A DNA stretch of 57,906 nt, from positions 1-57,906 of IMG/VR virus record IMGVR_UViG_3300020147_000010, one strand, 5' to 3'. The DNA comes from a virus. Taxonomy: Duplodnaviria > Caudoviricetes. Below, one piece after another: positions 1-8,281 of this stretch. How positions within the stretch are numbered: the first letter of the stretch is position 1; every line of letters starts with the position of its first letter. The position numbers were made by a program, and so were the translations under genes. The notes under the pieces are model-generated. The model ran no database searches and was not told the DNA's origin. It worked only from the letters and a program-made list of their open reading frames with translations.

Positions 1-303
1 GTGATCGTGCTCGTGATGATGCCGATGTTCTGGATGAACCCGTTCATCACTTGCTGGATCATGTTCAGGCCCTGTTGCATCAGGGCCGGTCCCTGGGTCG
101 CCAGGGTGTTAAGCAGCGTCGGGATGAGCTCGCCCTGGATCGTCGCCACGACCTGGGGGAGGGCCTGGCCGATCCCTTGGATGATCGCCGTGATGATGTT
201 GATGCCCAGGAGGAGGAGCTGGGGCGCGGCGCTGATGAACGCGCTCAGGATCTGGGGGATGGCCTGGATCAGCGCCGTGGCGATGGTCGGCAGGGCGGTC
301 ATC
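1..303. repeat. Terminal overlap, copy 1 (circular assembly / circularly permuted genome)
   Basis: 1-303 matches 57604-57906 except at positions 111 (A vs G) and 177 (T vs C); unit genome 57,603 bp. Confidence 0.97.
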
Positions 304-1793
304 AGGCCCGTGACCAGGCCCTGGATGAGCTGGAGCCCGGCCTGGATGAGCTGGGGGATCAGCCCGATGATGCCGGTGATCAGCGTCGTGGCGAGCTGGA
401 CCACGGCCGGGAGGAGCGTCGGCAGGGCGTTGACGATGCCGGTCACCAGGCCGTTGATCAGCGCTCCGGCGGCCTCCACGATCCGGGGCGCGCTCGCCAC
501 CAGCGCGTTGACCAGGCCGGTCACCAGCGAGACCACGCCCTGGACGATCTGGGGGATGATCGTCGGGAGGGCGTTCGCCAGCCCAGTCACCATCTGGAGA
601 ATGGCGTCCGTGACTTGCTCGCGGAAAGCGAGGATGTTCTGGATGATCGTCGGGAGATTGGCCGCCAGGTACTGGAGGCCCTGGCTCACCAGGCGCTGGA
701 TCGCACCCACGGCCCAGTCGAATACCTCGCCCCACGAGGAGAACCCGGTGGCGAACTCCCGAATGGCGACATAGGTACGCGCGGACCAGGCGATGAACTC
801 GCCCAGCTTGCTGATGATGAACTGGATTCCGTCGAAGAAATCACCGAAGAAAACGGCCAGCTCGGGCGCGGCTCCGGCGATGTTGTCGAACATATTGCGG
901 AGCGCGCCGCCGGTCTCGCTCAGCCCGGTGGCGAACGCTTGCATGATCGGGCCACTGGACTGGACCAGGTTGACGAACCCCGGGAGGGCGTTCTCCACCA
1001 GGCCGACCACGCCACCGGTCAGGACCGCGATCTGGGGAGCCAGGCCCTCGAACATCTGCCGGAGCTGGGGCGCGATGCGTACGGCCAGCTTCTCGAACTC
1101 GCCCAGCGCGCTGACCAGCGGCTGGAGCATCGGCTGGGCGGCGGCCGTGAACTCCGACTTGATCGTGTCGGTCAGGCTCTTGGCCGCGTTCTTGAGGGCG
1201 CTCTCCTCCTTCAGGAGCGCCACGGCCAGGCCGATACCGGCGAACCCGATCCCGGCCGCGATGCCCGCACCGATCAGCGAGCCGATGGCCGGGACGGCCG
1301 CGCCAGCGATGGCCCCCGCGATGCCGAGGCCCACGCCCACCAGTGCCGGTCCGGCGATGGCCGGGATGCGGCCCAGGCCCGCCGTCAGCGCGTTGGCGAA
1401 CAGCGTTGCGGTATCGGTGCCGGTCCGGCCGAACAGGCCCGCCAGGAACCGGCGGATGCCGCTCTCGTCGGTGTTGCGCTGGAGCCCCCGGCCGATGGCC
1501 TTCCCGGCCTCGCGCCCGGCCGCGTCACCGGCGGCCCGCCCGGCGCGCTCGCCCATCGCCACGAACCGGCCGTTGGCGTCGCGGAGCTTGCCGTCCGCGC
1601 CAACGGTGATGCCCTCCCCGAGCTCGCGCCCGGCCTCCAGCCCGCCCTTGCGCACACCGTCCGAGTCAATCGGGACGTTGACGGGCGTGATGTCGATCCG
1701 TGACAGTGCACGGTCAAGGTCGCGTTCGGTCTGCCGGGCGAAGTTGCGTACGTCGCCCTCAACCTCAACCCTGGCCTTGCCCACATCGGTCAC
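1..1793 (-). CDS. Tape measure protein, N-terminal part (continues across the origin to 56448; ~982 aa total)
   Basis: GTG at 1793 (MTDVGKARVEVEGDVRNFARQTE...) is in frame with the 56448..57905 ORF through the overlap; long Ala/Gly/Ile-rich amphipathic repeats; lies between tail chaperones and minor tail genes. Confidence 0.92.
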   Translation of the reverse strand, partial: MTDVGKARVEVEGDVRNFARQTERDLDRALSRIDITPVNVPIDSDGVRKGGLEAGRELGEGITVGADGKLRDANGRFVAMGERAGRAAGDAAGREAGKAIGRGLQRNTDESGIRRFLAGLFGRTGTDTATLFANALTAGLGRIPAIAGPALVGVGLGIAGAIAGAAVPAIGSLIGAGIAAGIGFAGIGLAVALLKEESALKNAAKSLTDTIKSEFTAAAQPMLQPLVSALGEFEKLAVRIAPQLRQMFEGLAPQIAVLTGGVVGLVENALPGFVNLVQSSGPIMQAFATGLSETGGALRNMFDNIAGAAPELAVFFGDFFDGIQFIISKLGEFIAWSARTYVAIREFATGFSSWGEVFDWAVGAIQRLVSQGLQYLAANLPTIIQNILAFREQVTDAILQMVTGLANALPTIIPQIVQGVVSLVTGLVNALVASAPRIVEAAGALINGLVTGIVNALPTLLPAVVQLATTLITGIIGLIPQLIQAGLQLIQGLVTGLMTALPTIATALIQAIPQILSAFISAAPQLLLLGINIITAIIQGIGQALPQVVATIQGELIPTLLNTLATQGPALMQQGLNMIQQVMNGFIQNIGIITSTI

Positions 1794-1865
1794 GTGACCA
1801 GCCTACGGGGCTTGACAATGCCCCGTCATTCCGGTGCAAGGGGGCATCTCGCGTAGGATGGCCGG

Positions 1866-2294
1866 ATGGATGTCTCGCGCGCTCAGCTCTCGAACCTCGG
1901 GGACGAGGTGGTCCTGGAGGACCCTGGGTTCCCCTGGACGGTCCGAGTCCGGCTGTCCAAGGATGCGGACCGGCCGGTCGTCCTGAGCCTCGCTGTGGAG
2001 TCCAGGGACGGCCAGCCGGTCAGCTCCACCGTGCTGGCCCAGATCCCGGTCCGCCAGCTCGCCAGCGTGGCCGCCAGCGCCCTGAAGGGCGAGGGGGAGG
2101 CCCAGTACAGGATGCTGGCTCAGCCGCGCCCCAGGGGCTCTAGGAGCTGGCCGCCCGAGCACTACCGGAACGTCCACCGCGTGGCGGCCTGGGCACGCGC
2201 GACGGGCCGCCCCGGCGGCGCGGCTGGGGCTGTGGCGGAGTTTTGGGAGGTCCACTACCGGACGGCTCGGCGCTGGCTACGGGAGCCGGTTTAG
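1866..2294 (+). CDS. Putative DNA-binding protein with C-terminal HTH (DUF6214-like)
   Basis: C-terminal AVAEFWEVHYRTARRWL is HTH-like; TAGGAT -10 lies 6 nt before the ATG (leaderless); inserted antisense between chaperone and tape measure. Confidence 0.6.
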   Translation: MDVSRAQLSNLGDEVVLEDPGFPWTVRVRLSKDADRPVVLSLAVESRDGQPVSSTVLAQIPVRQLASVAASALKGEGEAQYRMLAQPRPRGSRSWPPEHYRNVHRVAAWARATGRPGGAAGAVAEFWEVHYRTARRWLREPV

Positions 2295-2832
2295 GCCGGG
2301 GTCCGGCCATCGCCTCGAACTCGCTCACCACGCGCTCGCTCGGGCGGCGCTTCTTGCCCGGCTGGGTCAGGCTCTCGTCCTCCAGCAGCGCCTCGAACTT
2401 GGCCTGGGTCTCCTCGTCCGGGAACCGGCTGGTGACCTCGGCGTAGATGGCGTCCAGCGCCGCGCCCAGCGGCGCGTCCTCCCAGCGGAACCCCCGGCGC
2501 ATCAGCGCGCCGTTGATGCTCGCCCAGTGCATGTTCGCCACCGAGGCCAGCACCACGCACACGTGGACCGAGCGTCCGGCGGCGGCCTCCAGGGCGTCCG
2601 TCAGCGCCGGGCCGAGCTCGGCCTGGTCCACCTCCCCGGACAGGAGGAGGTCGTCCAGGTTGAACGGGTCCTCCGGGCTTGACACTACAAAGTCAAGGAT
2701 CTCGGTCAGGTCGCCGGAGGTCAGCACCGGCCACCAGTCCACAGCCGAGAGGGCCGGAACGTCGTACGTCCGGCCCCCCAGCTCCAGCTCGATGGCCCAG
2801 CACCGCATCGACGCGAGCGGGTCCACCTCCAC
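2140..2832 (-). CDS. Tail assembly chaperone (second, pre-tape-measure)
   Basis: GTG start at 2832 (MEVDPLASMRCWAIELELGGRTYDVPA...); immediately upstream of tape measure on the same strand; low-complexity tail overlaps the + strand HTH gene. Confidence 0.6.
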   Translation of the reverse strand: MEVDPLASMRCWAIELELGGRTYDVPALSAVDWWPVLTSGDLTEILDFVVSSPEDPFNLDDLLLSGEVDQAELGPALTDALEAAAGRSVHVCVVLASVANMHWASINGALMRRGFRWEDAPLGAALDAIYAEVTSRFPDEETQAKFEALLEDESLTQPGKKRRPSERVVSEFEAMAGPRPKPAPVASAEPSGSGPPKTPPQPQPRRRGGPSRVPRPPRGGRSGSARAASS

Positions 2833-2833
2833 G

Positions 2834-3205
2834 TCAGCCCGCCAGGCTCCGGGCCAGCTCCAGGAGCCGGTCCACCGTGGCGGACGGCGGCGCGCCGTCC
2901 CACTTGGGCGCGTGCTCGCGCTCGGGCACGGCCGCGAAGTCGTCCCAGTGCGCCAGCTTGTAGTGGTACGTGATCGTGCCGGTGGGGAGCTCGATCCCCA
3001 CGATGAAATACCCGCCCTCGAACATGGGCGAGTCGTCCGGGTGGTGAGCCTTGCTCCGCCAGGAGTCCCCGGCGCTGGCGGCGGCACCGGCCAGGACGGC
3101 GGTCAGCGCGCGCCGGTGGTCGTACAGCTCGCTGAACGTGTGGTGGCCGTCCGAGGTGTCGCTGGGCGCGTCGTCCTTCCAGACCATCTGGCGCGGCTGG
3201 GTCAT
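2834..3205 (-). CDS. Conserved phage protein (DGHHTFSELY...APKWDG, 'WDGH'-type family)
   Basis: ATGA-coupled start at 3205; motif string DGHHTFSELYDHR, WRSKAH, FIVGIELPTGTITYHY, APKWDG resembles a widespread phage family. Confidence 0.7.
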   Translation of the reverse strand: MTQPRQMVWKDDAPSDTSDGHHTFSELYDHRRALTAVLAGAAASAGDSWRSKAHHPDDSPMFEGGYFIVGIELPTGTITYHYKLAHWDDFAAVPEREHAPKWDGAPPSATVDRLLELARSLAG

Positions 3206-3561
3206 CGGCCCGGCTCCTCGAACAGCGGCGGGTCCACCACGATCTGGGGGCGCGGCACCGAACCGGCGCGGCCGGTGCTGTCCTTGATCCCGGCGCGGAC
3301 GGCCGCGTCCTTGGCCTGGATGAGCGTGTTCAGCGCGGTGGTGAGCTCGGGGGAGTCGGTCTCGATCTCCACCACCAGCTCCACGGCGGTCTGGTAGAAC
3401 GGCCGCGAGTAGCGCTGGAGCGGTTCGGGGAGGTGCGAGAAGGTCAGCCACTGGAGGGCGTCACGCACGCCCGGGTGGCGACCCTCGGTCAGGTGCTCGG
3501 CGTGCTCGCGCGTCCCGAGCTGGGACGCCGGGTTCGGCTCACGGGTGCCCAGGGGCATCAT
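3202..3561 (-). CDS. Small helical-hairpin phage protein (HLPxxLQxxSxPF...AKDAAVRA family; possibly Acb2/Tad1-like)
   Basis: ATGA-coupled; FSHLPEPLQRYSRPF...PELTTALNTLIQAKDAAVRA. Confidence 0.6.
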   Translation of the reverse strand: MMPLGTREPNPASQLGTREHAEHLTEGRHPGVRDALQWLTFSHLPEPLQRYSRPFYQTAVELVVEIETDSPELTTALNTLIQAKDAAVRAGIKDSTGRAGSVPRPQIVVDPPLFEEPGR

Positions 3562-3686
3562 GCGGTCTTCCTCCGTCGCTTCTTGGGGCGGAACGAGAGC
3601 TGGAGGGGGAGGAGCCGCTGGCGCTCCAGCTTGGCCGCGCGGCGCTCGGCCGCGCGGCGCTGGGTCCGCCTCCCCCGGCTGTTCAT
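3558..3686 (-). CDS. Small Arg/Lys-rich protein (42 aa)
   Basis: MNSRGRRTQRRAAERRAAKLERQ...; ATGA overlaps with both neighbours. Confidence 0.55.
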   Translation of the reverse strand: MNSRGRRTQRRAAERRAAKLERQRLLPLQLSFRPKKRRRKTA

Positions 3687-4117
3687 CGGGCCTTGCCCGG
3701 GGCCGCCTTCTTGCGCGTGGCCTTCTTGGCCGGGGCCGCCTTCTTGGCGGCGCGCCGGTCGGCGCGGTTGCCGTTCTCCTCGGCGTAGGTGGCGAACGCA
3801 TCCACCGTGCCGTTGATGATCTTGGCCGTGTCCATCAGCCCGATGGTCCCGGCCAACATCTCGTCGTCCAGCCACTCCTTGTCCGTGTCGTGGACCAACA
3901 GCGAGTCGATGATCAGGCGCGTCCGCTCCAGGGCGCGCATCACCTGCTCGCCGTTCCAGCCGGACACGTCCGCACCCTGGAGCTGGCGAAGCGTGCGCTT
4001 CCACACCAGGAGCTGTTCGGGGCTCGGCATCCGGACCCAGAGCTGGCGGCCCGCGAACGGGATCTCCAGCTCGGGCATCGTGGCGGCCTCGGCCGCCGGG
4101 GTCTCCTGTTCGGTCAT
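3683..4117 (-). CDS. Tail assembly chaperone (first)
   Basis: ATG 4117 (MTEQETPAAEAATMPELEIPFAGRQLWVRMPSPEQL...); NRADRRAAKK tail typical of actinophage chaperones; leaderless promoter upstream. Confidence 0.65.
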   Translation of the reverse strand: MTEQETPAAEAATMPELEIPFAGRQLWVRMPSPEQLLVWKRTLRQLQGADVSGWNGEQVMRALERTRLIIDSLLVHDTDKEWLDDEMLAGTIGLMDTAKIINGTVDAFATYAEENGNRADRRAAKKAAPAKKATRKKAAPGKAR

Positions 4118-4123
4118 GATGTC

Positions 4124-4151
4124 ACCATACCCCAGGGTGGGAGGACATCTC
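4124..4151 (-). promoter_or_regulatory. Leaderless late-type promoter with GAGATGTCC box
   Basis: GAGATGTCC-N13-TATGGT-N6-ATG; same architecture at 18415-18440, 28338-28365, 47560-47584, 52519-52546. Confidence 0.6.
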
Positions 4152-4566
4152 AGCCGATGGTGACCGTGAACCCCTCCTGGGCGGCCACCTCGCGGAACCC
4201 GGTGGACAGGTACGGCCGCCCGGCGCGCGCTGGCTGGCGGACCTGGCGCGCGTAGACCACGCGGCCGTCCACCACGAACCGGAGCTTGCCGCCCGGCCGC
4301 TTGGCCCGGATGGTCAGCGCCCGGCGGCCGTTGTGCACGGCCGCCGCATACTCCGCCGTGTACTCCACGCCCCCGATGACCAGCGCCCCGGCGTCGCGCC
4401 CGAGCTCCATCCGGCCGGACGCCCGGAGGTTGCCGGTGTCCACCGGGACCAGCACCTGGGAGCGGGTGTACGTCCGGCGGACCACCCGGTTGACCTTCTT
4501 GCGCGCCTCGTCCATCCCCACGCCGTGGAGGGTCGCCCGGTCGATGCGGAGCGAGTGAGCAGCCAT
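4150..4566 (-). CDS. HK97 gp10-like tail completion/neck protein
   Basis: VPVDTGNLRASG, EYAAAVHNG and RPYL motifs; position in head-tail module. Confidence 0.8.
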   Translation of the reverse strand: MAAHSLRIDRATLHGVGMDEARKKVNRVVRRTYTRSQVLVPVDTGNLRASGRMELGRDAGALVIGGVEYTAEYAAAVHNGRRALTIRAKRPGGKLRFVVDGRVVYARQVRQPARAGRPYLSTGFREVAAQEGFTVTIG

Positions 4567-4618
4567 GCGGCCAGCGTACCGGGTTGCCACATAGCCGTGA
4601 TGACTGTAAGGTTGAACC

Positions 4619-4783
4619 ATGAGTGACGACAAGATCACCAAGAAGCGTTCCGACCCGTACGGCCGTGACTGCCCGGCGGCCCAGCCGATGTGCCCGTGTG
4701 GCGCTCGCGGGTGCGCGCGAGCCGCCGAGCACGCGCGCACGATGGCCCCGGTGTCCACTCGCCGGTGGCGCTGGCGGCGCTGA
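4619..4783 (+). CDS. Small Cys-rich protein (54 aa), not in ORF track
   Basis: MSDDKITKKRSDPYGRDCPAAQPMCPCGARGC...; TAAGGT -10 just upstream (leaderless); fills the gap between two structural genes. Confidence 0.55.
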   Translation: MSDDKITKKRSDPYGRDCPAAQPMCPCGARGCARAAEHARTMAPVSTRRWRWRR

Positions 4784-4807
4784 CACTCCAGCGTCAACGG
4801 GGCCGGG

Positions 4808-5350
4808 TCAGCTTGCTGGCCCGGCCTCGCTGCAATCACAGGCCGGACCCCGGAGCGTGACCGGCATCAGCCCGCCCACGCACCCGCCCTGGACCTCGAT
4901 CGGTTGCCAGACGCCGGGGAGCACGTTCCGCGCCCGGTTGGGCTTGGCCTCGATGAAACAGCACAGCGCGCGCCGCATGGCCGCCGCGCCGTCCATCACG
5001 CCCTGGACCGTGGCGTCCCACTCCTCGCCGGTCGGGATGCGGTCCTCGTCCCCCACGGGCGCGCACCGGACGAACCCGAGCTCCAGGGTCACGCCCCAGG
5101 CGCTGATCCCCTTGGGCTGGGGCTGGGCGTCCTGGACCGGGAACGCGGCCGAGCTCGGGAAGAACGAGGCCGGGCGGACCCAGGCCAGCCCCTCGCAACA
5201 CTCGTCCTGGAAGGTGCTCAGGAGGTGGGAGACCACGTTCCCCGCCCGGAGCTGGACGTAGGCCGGGGGATCGTCCAGCTTGGCGAGCTCCTGGGCGTAG
5301 CACTCCAGCAGCTCGCGCGCCAGCGGCATCACCAGCGGGTCCGCGCTCAC
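4808..5350 (-). CDS. Tail terminator-like protein
   Basis: GTGA-coupled start; DECCEGLAWVR, LELGFVRCAP, QGGCVGG motifs typical of this actinophage position. Confidence 0.7.
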   Translation of the reverse strand: MSADPLVMPLARELLECYAQELAKLDDPPAYVQLRAGNVVSHLLSTFQDECCEGLAWVRPASFFPSSAAFPVQDAQPQPKGISAWGVTLELGFVRCAPVGDEDRIPTGEEWDATVQGVMDGAAAMRRALCCFIEAKPNRARNVLPGVWQPIEVQGGCVGGLMPVTLRGPACDCSEAGPAS

Positions 5351-6174
5351 GAGCCCGCCCCGATCACGGTCACCCGGTCGCACGACTCGGGGAGGTCGGG
5401 CGAGAGCAGCACCGGCGGACGCTGGCGGCGGCCGGGGTTGTACGTCGCCACCACGTCGTCCACCTCGCGGATGCCGGTCTTGCCGTCCGCCGGAGCCGGG
5501 GCCTCCAGCTCCACCTCCACGCCCTGGCGGGACAGCCGGGTCATCTTGGCCGGGAGACGGCACGCTCCGGCCTCGCTGGGCGTCAGGGCCTTGGCGTACT
5601 CACAGGCCAGGAGCGCCGTCGCCACCTGGAGGGGGAGCGGGACGGCGGTCCCCAGGCCGTACGTGACCTCAAACGTCCCGGCCTCCCCGGGCTCGTCGTT
5701 CATCCGCTGGCACGCGGGCCAGCACTGGCCGTCGATGCGGACCAGGAGGTAGACGCCCCCGGTCACGTCCACCCGGTACGCGCTCGGGGGGACCAGCTCG
5801 GAGCCCACGAGCACCGCGCCGATACTGGCGACCGGCCCCCGGAGCACCACGGCGCACGCCGAGTTGCCACAGCACGCCACGGCGCACCCGGAGTTGAACC
5901 ACTGGCCCGCGAACAGGAACGGGCCGCCCGGCACGCCGAGGCCGCTCAGGCCGGGCGCAACCGGCCAGGTCTGGTACGCGATGCCCTCGCCGCGCTGGGC
6001 CTGGCTGGGCCGCACGGTCACCGGGCACACGCCGAACCGGCGGCCGGTGGCCGCCCAGAGGAACGAGGAGGCGAGCGCCAGCGCGGTGGTCTTGGTGGCC
6101 TCGGGCTTCTCGGCCCAGCCCTCGCACACGCCCAGCTCTACGGGGTCCACGTCCCAGTCACACGGTGCCGCCAT
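5347..6174 (-). CDS. Head-to-tail adaptor
   Basis: LWAATGRRFGVCPVTVRP, LACEYAKA, CRLP..LSRQGV, TGIREVD motifs; GGAGGAG RBS. Confidence 0.8.
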   Translation of the reverse strand: MAAPCDWDVDPVELGVCEGWAEKPEATKTTALALASSFLWAATGRRFGVCPVTVRPSQAQRGEGIAYQTWPVAPGLSGLGVPGGPFLFAGQWFNSGCAVACCGNSACAVVLRGPVASIGAVLVGSELVPPSAYRVDVTGGVYLLVRIDGQCWPACQRMNDEPGEAGTFEVTYGLGTAVPLPLQVATALLACEYAKALTPSEAGACRLPAKMTRLSRQGVEVELEAPAPADGKTGIREVDDVVATYNPGRRQRPPVLLSPDLPESCDRVTVIGAGS

Positions 6175-6208
6175 CAGCTCCTCCTCCAGTCGGCTCCAGA
6201 GTACGGGA

Positions 6209-6241
6209 CAGGCCCGCCGGGATACCTCCCCGGCGGGCCTG
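6209..6241. terminator. GC-rich hairpin (putative intrinsic terminator)
   Basis: CAGGCCCGCCGGG...CCCGGCGGGCCTG inverted repeat in intergenic gap. Confidence 0.55.
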
Positions 6242-6255
6242 TTGACTGTTCAGTG

Positions 6256-6432
6256 TCAGGCGGGTCGATCCCGCTTGTGGATGTCGTTGGCCTGGCGGCG
6301 CATCACACCCGCGATGTCCGGGTCAGCGGACACGGCCCGGTCCTTCTCGTTCTGGGTGGCCGTGTCCTCGCTCCGGGTCCTGGGGTTGTCCTTGCCCGTG
6401 TTGCGGCCCTTGTTCCCGCCCTTGTTACCCAC
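6256..6432 (-). CDS. Small hydrophilic protein (58 aa), not in ORF track
   Basis: MGNKGGNKGRNTGKDNPRTRSED...; directly follows 6436..6621. Confidence 0.55.
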   Translation of the reverse strand: MGNKGGNKGRNTGKDNPRTRSEDTATQNEKDRAVSADPDIAGVMRRQANDIHKRDRPA

Positions 6433-6435
6433 GGG

Positions 6436-6621
6436 TCACTTCTTCTTCTTGAGGAACGCGGCGATGTCCCGGAGCCCGGAGCCCGGGGCCTGCTTGACCG
6501 CCTGGCCCTGGTTGTATTGCATCCCGGCCCCCTTCTTGGTGACCGCGATGACGTGATCGGTCTTCAGCGCCTGGGGGTGGTTCCGGAGCGCTTCCTTGGC
6601 CGCCTTCTCGCTTTTCTTCAC
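6436..6621 (-). CDS. Small basic protein (61 aa)
   Basis: GGAGGAGG RBS; own promoter TGGACA-N17-TAAAGT at ~6665-6693. Confidence 0.65.
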   Translation of the reverse strand: MKKSEKAAKEALRNHPQALKTDHVIAVTKKGAGMQYNQGQAVKQAPGSGLRDIAAFLKKKK

Positions 6622-6703
6622 CGTGTCCTCCTCCTGGACGAGGAACGTCCCCGCCTCGCCCTCTACTTTACAGGCGTGACGGGGACGTGTCCACTTGCTC
6701 CGG

Positions 6704-7396
6704 TCAGGAGCTCAGCGACTGGCAGCCACAGGACGGCTCCGGCGGAGCGAGCTGGGTCCAGATCGGGAGGTGGTGCGTGTCGCTCGGGATGGCCGTGAAC
6801 AGGGGAGCGGGGACGCCCGCCTGGTCGCGCACCACGTCGTACGGGCCGACGCCCCACGGCGTGCCCTTGCGGGTACGACCGGCCACCGTGAAGGTGATCA
6901 GGTCGTTGGTGATCACGATGTCCTCGGCCAGCGCGCCCTCCACCACCCAGGGGAGGAGGTTGTAGCCGTAGAACGGGAACGTGTCGCCGGGAAGGCACTC
7001 CTCCTCGGCGTTGCCCATCCACGCCTCCAGGGCGAAGTTGGCCGTGGCGAAGTCCGACTCCGTGACCGGGAACCCGATCGTGTTGCCCTGGTCGTCCTCG
7101 TACGGCTGGAGCCCGGTCACGATGGTGAACAGCTCCGGGTCCACCTCCTGGAACTGGATCGCCACGTCGTACCAGTTCAGCGACGGAGCACCGCGCTGGT
7201 TGATGATGGCGCGGCCCCGGGCGTTGCGCTGGAGGAAGCGTTCGCCCTCCTCGGCGCTCGGGGTCATCGTGATGGACACGAACCCGTCCGAGACGGCGTA
7301 CGCACAGTCCCCGAACTCGGGGTTGCCGCACTCGTCCAGGCGAGTCACGCGCATGGTCTCCCCCTGAAGGGGCTTGGCACACAGAAGGTTCGGCAC
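6704..7396 (-). CDS. Major tail (tube) protein
   Basis: MRVTRLDECG, SDGFVSITMT, VDPELFTIVTG, FALEAW, WGVGPYDV motifs; start GTG 7396 coupled to upstream stop. Confidence 0.85.
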   Translation of the reverse strand: MPNLLCAKPLQGETMRVTRLDECGNPEFGDCAYAVSDGFVSITMTPSAEEGERFLQRNARGRAIINQRGAPSLNWYDVAIQFQEVDPELFTIVTGLQPYEDDQGNTIGFPVTESDFATANFALEAWMGNAEEECLPGDTFPFYGYNLLPWVVEGALAEDIVITNDLITFTVAGRTRKGTPWGVGPYDVVRDQAGVPAPLFTAIPSDTHHLPIWTQLAPPEPSCGCQSLSS

Positions 7397-8208
7397 TACG
7401 AACCCACCTCCTCCAGAGGATCGAACTCCGCGCGGCCCGCGAAGCACTCGAACGCCACCGCGTACGTCCGCTCGGCCACCATCGTGACCTCGTTCGTCGG
7501 ACGCTCGAAAGCGTTGTAGACATCGACATCCGGCGCGCGCCAGACGGCGGTCTGGCCGGTCACGATGACCTCGCCAGACGGGTACGCGCCGAACACCCAG
7601 ATGGAGCCCATCGGGGTGACCTTGCGGTTCCCGTCCGGGATGACCAGACCGGCCTCGGCCGCGAACGCGGCGACCTCCACCGGCGCGTGGATGTAGGCCA
7701 CGCCCCCGTACTGGTTCTCCGTGTAGGCGAACCGCTCCAGCGCGCCCACCACGTCCGTGATCAGGCCCGGGTCATACCCGGCCGGGATCGCTGACGCTTC
7801 ACTGTCAAGCGACTGGATGCCGAGCGCGTTCCCCTCCAGGTCCAGGCCGGTCCAGAGAGCCCGCTCCACGGCGGCCATCTCCGAGCCCTCCAGACGCCGG
7901 AGGACCGCCTGGCGGTTCTCCTCGTCCGTGTAGCCCACCGCGCCACAGTTCAGCGTGGCGAGCACCGCGAACGAGCCCGAGGCCACCTCGTCGCCCCGGC
8001 CGTCCAGCGGCTTGTCCGGGGACGCCACCTCGCCGCCGTAGCAGTTGATGCCGTAGGCGTACGCCTCGCCGCACACGGGGACGAACTTGACGCCCCCGCC
8101 CTCCCCGTGCGTGGGGAGGTCGATCGGCCCGCTGGCCGCGTCGAACAGGCCGTACCGTCGCCGGAGCCGTTCCGGAGCCGGAACGCTCAGGCCAGGGATG
8201 ATTGCCAT
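7396..8208 (-). CDS. Second capsid protein (probable major capsid pentamer protein)
   Basis: RRYGLFDAA, VERALW, TPMGSIWVFGAY, NEVTMVAERTYAVAFEC; directly after the large capsid gene, as in cluster-B-like actinophages. Confidence 0.7.
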   Translation of the reverse strand: MAIIPGLSVPAPERLRRRYGLFDAASGPIDLPTHGEGGGVKFVPVCGEAYAYGINCYGGEVASPDKPLDGRGDEVASGSFAVLATLNCGAVGYTDEENRQAVLRRLEGSEMAAVERALWTGLDLEGNALGIQSLDSEASAIPAGYDPGLITDVVGALERFAYTENQYGGVAYIHAPVEVAAFAAEAGLVIPDGNRKVTPMGSIWVFGAYPSGEVIVTGQTAVWRAPDVDVYNAFERPTNEVTMVAERTYAVAFECFAGRAEFDPLEEVGS

Positions 8209-8281
8209 CCGCTACTCACCTCCTCGGTGGGTCGAGCCGAGCGCCGGGGGCTGGGGAGCCCCCGGCGCGCCGGGGAGTGGG

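Noticed and set aside
51-1703. Long + strand ORFs opposite real genes (e.g. 51..1703, 8087..10075, 13540..15612, 16203..18458, 25682..27454, 29369..31345, 51742..53667)
   Set aside because: Antisense shadows typical of high-GC coding DNA; no motifs or RBS, and the opposite strand carries recognisable phage proteins
2140-4117. Programmed -1 frameshift joining the tail assembly chaperones
   Set aside because: The two candidate chaperone genes are separated by three other coupled genes, and I saw no slippery heptamer at the end of the first
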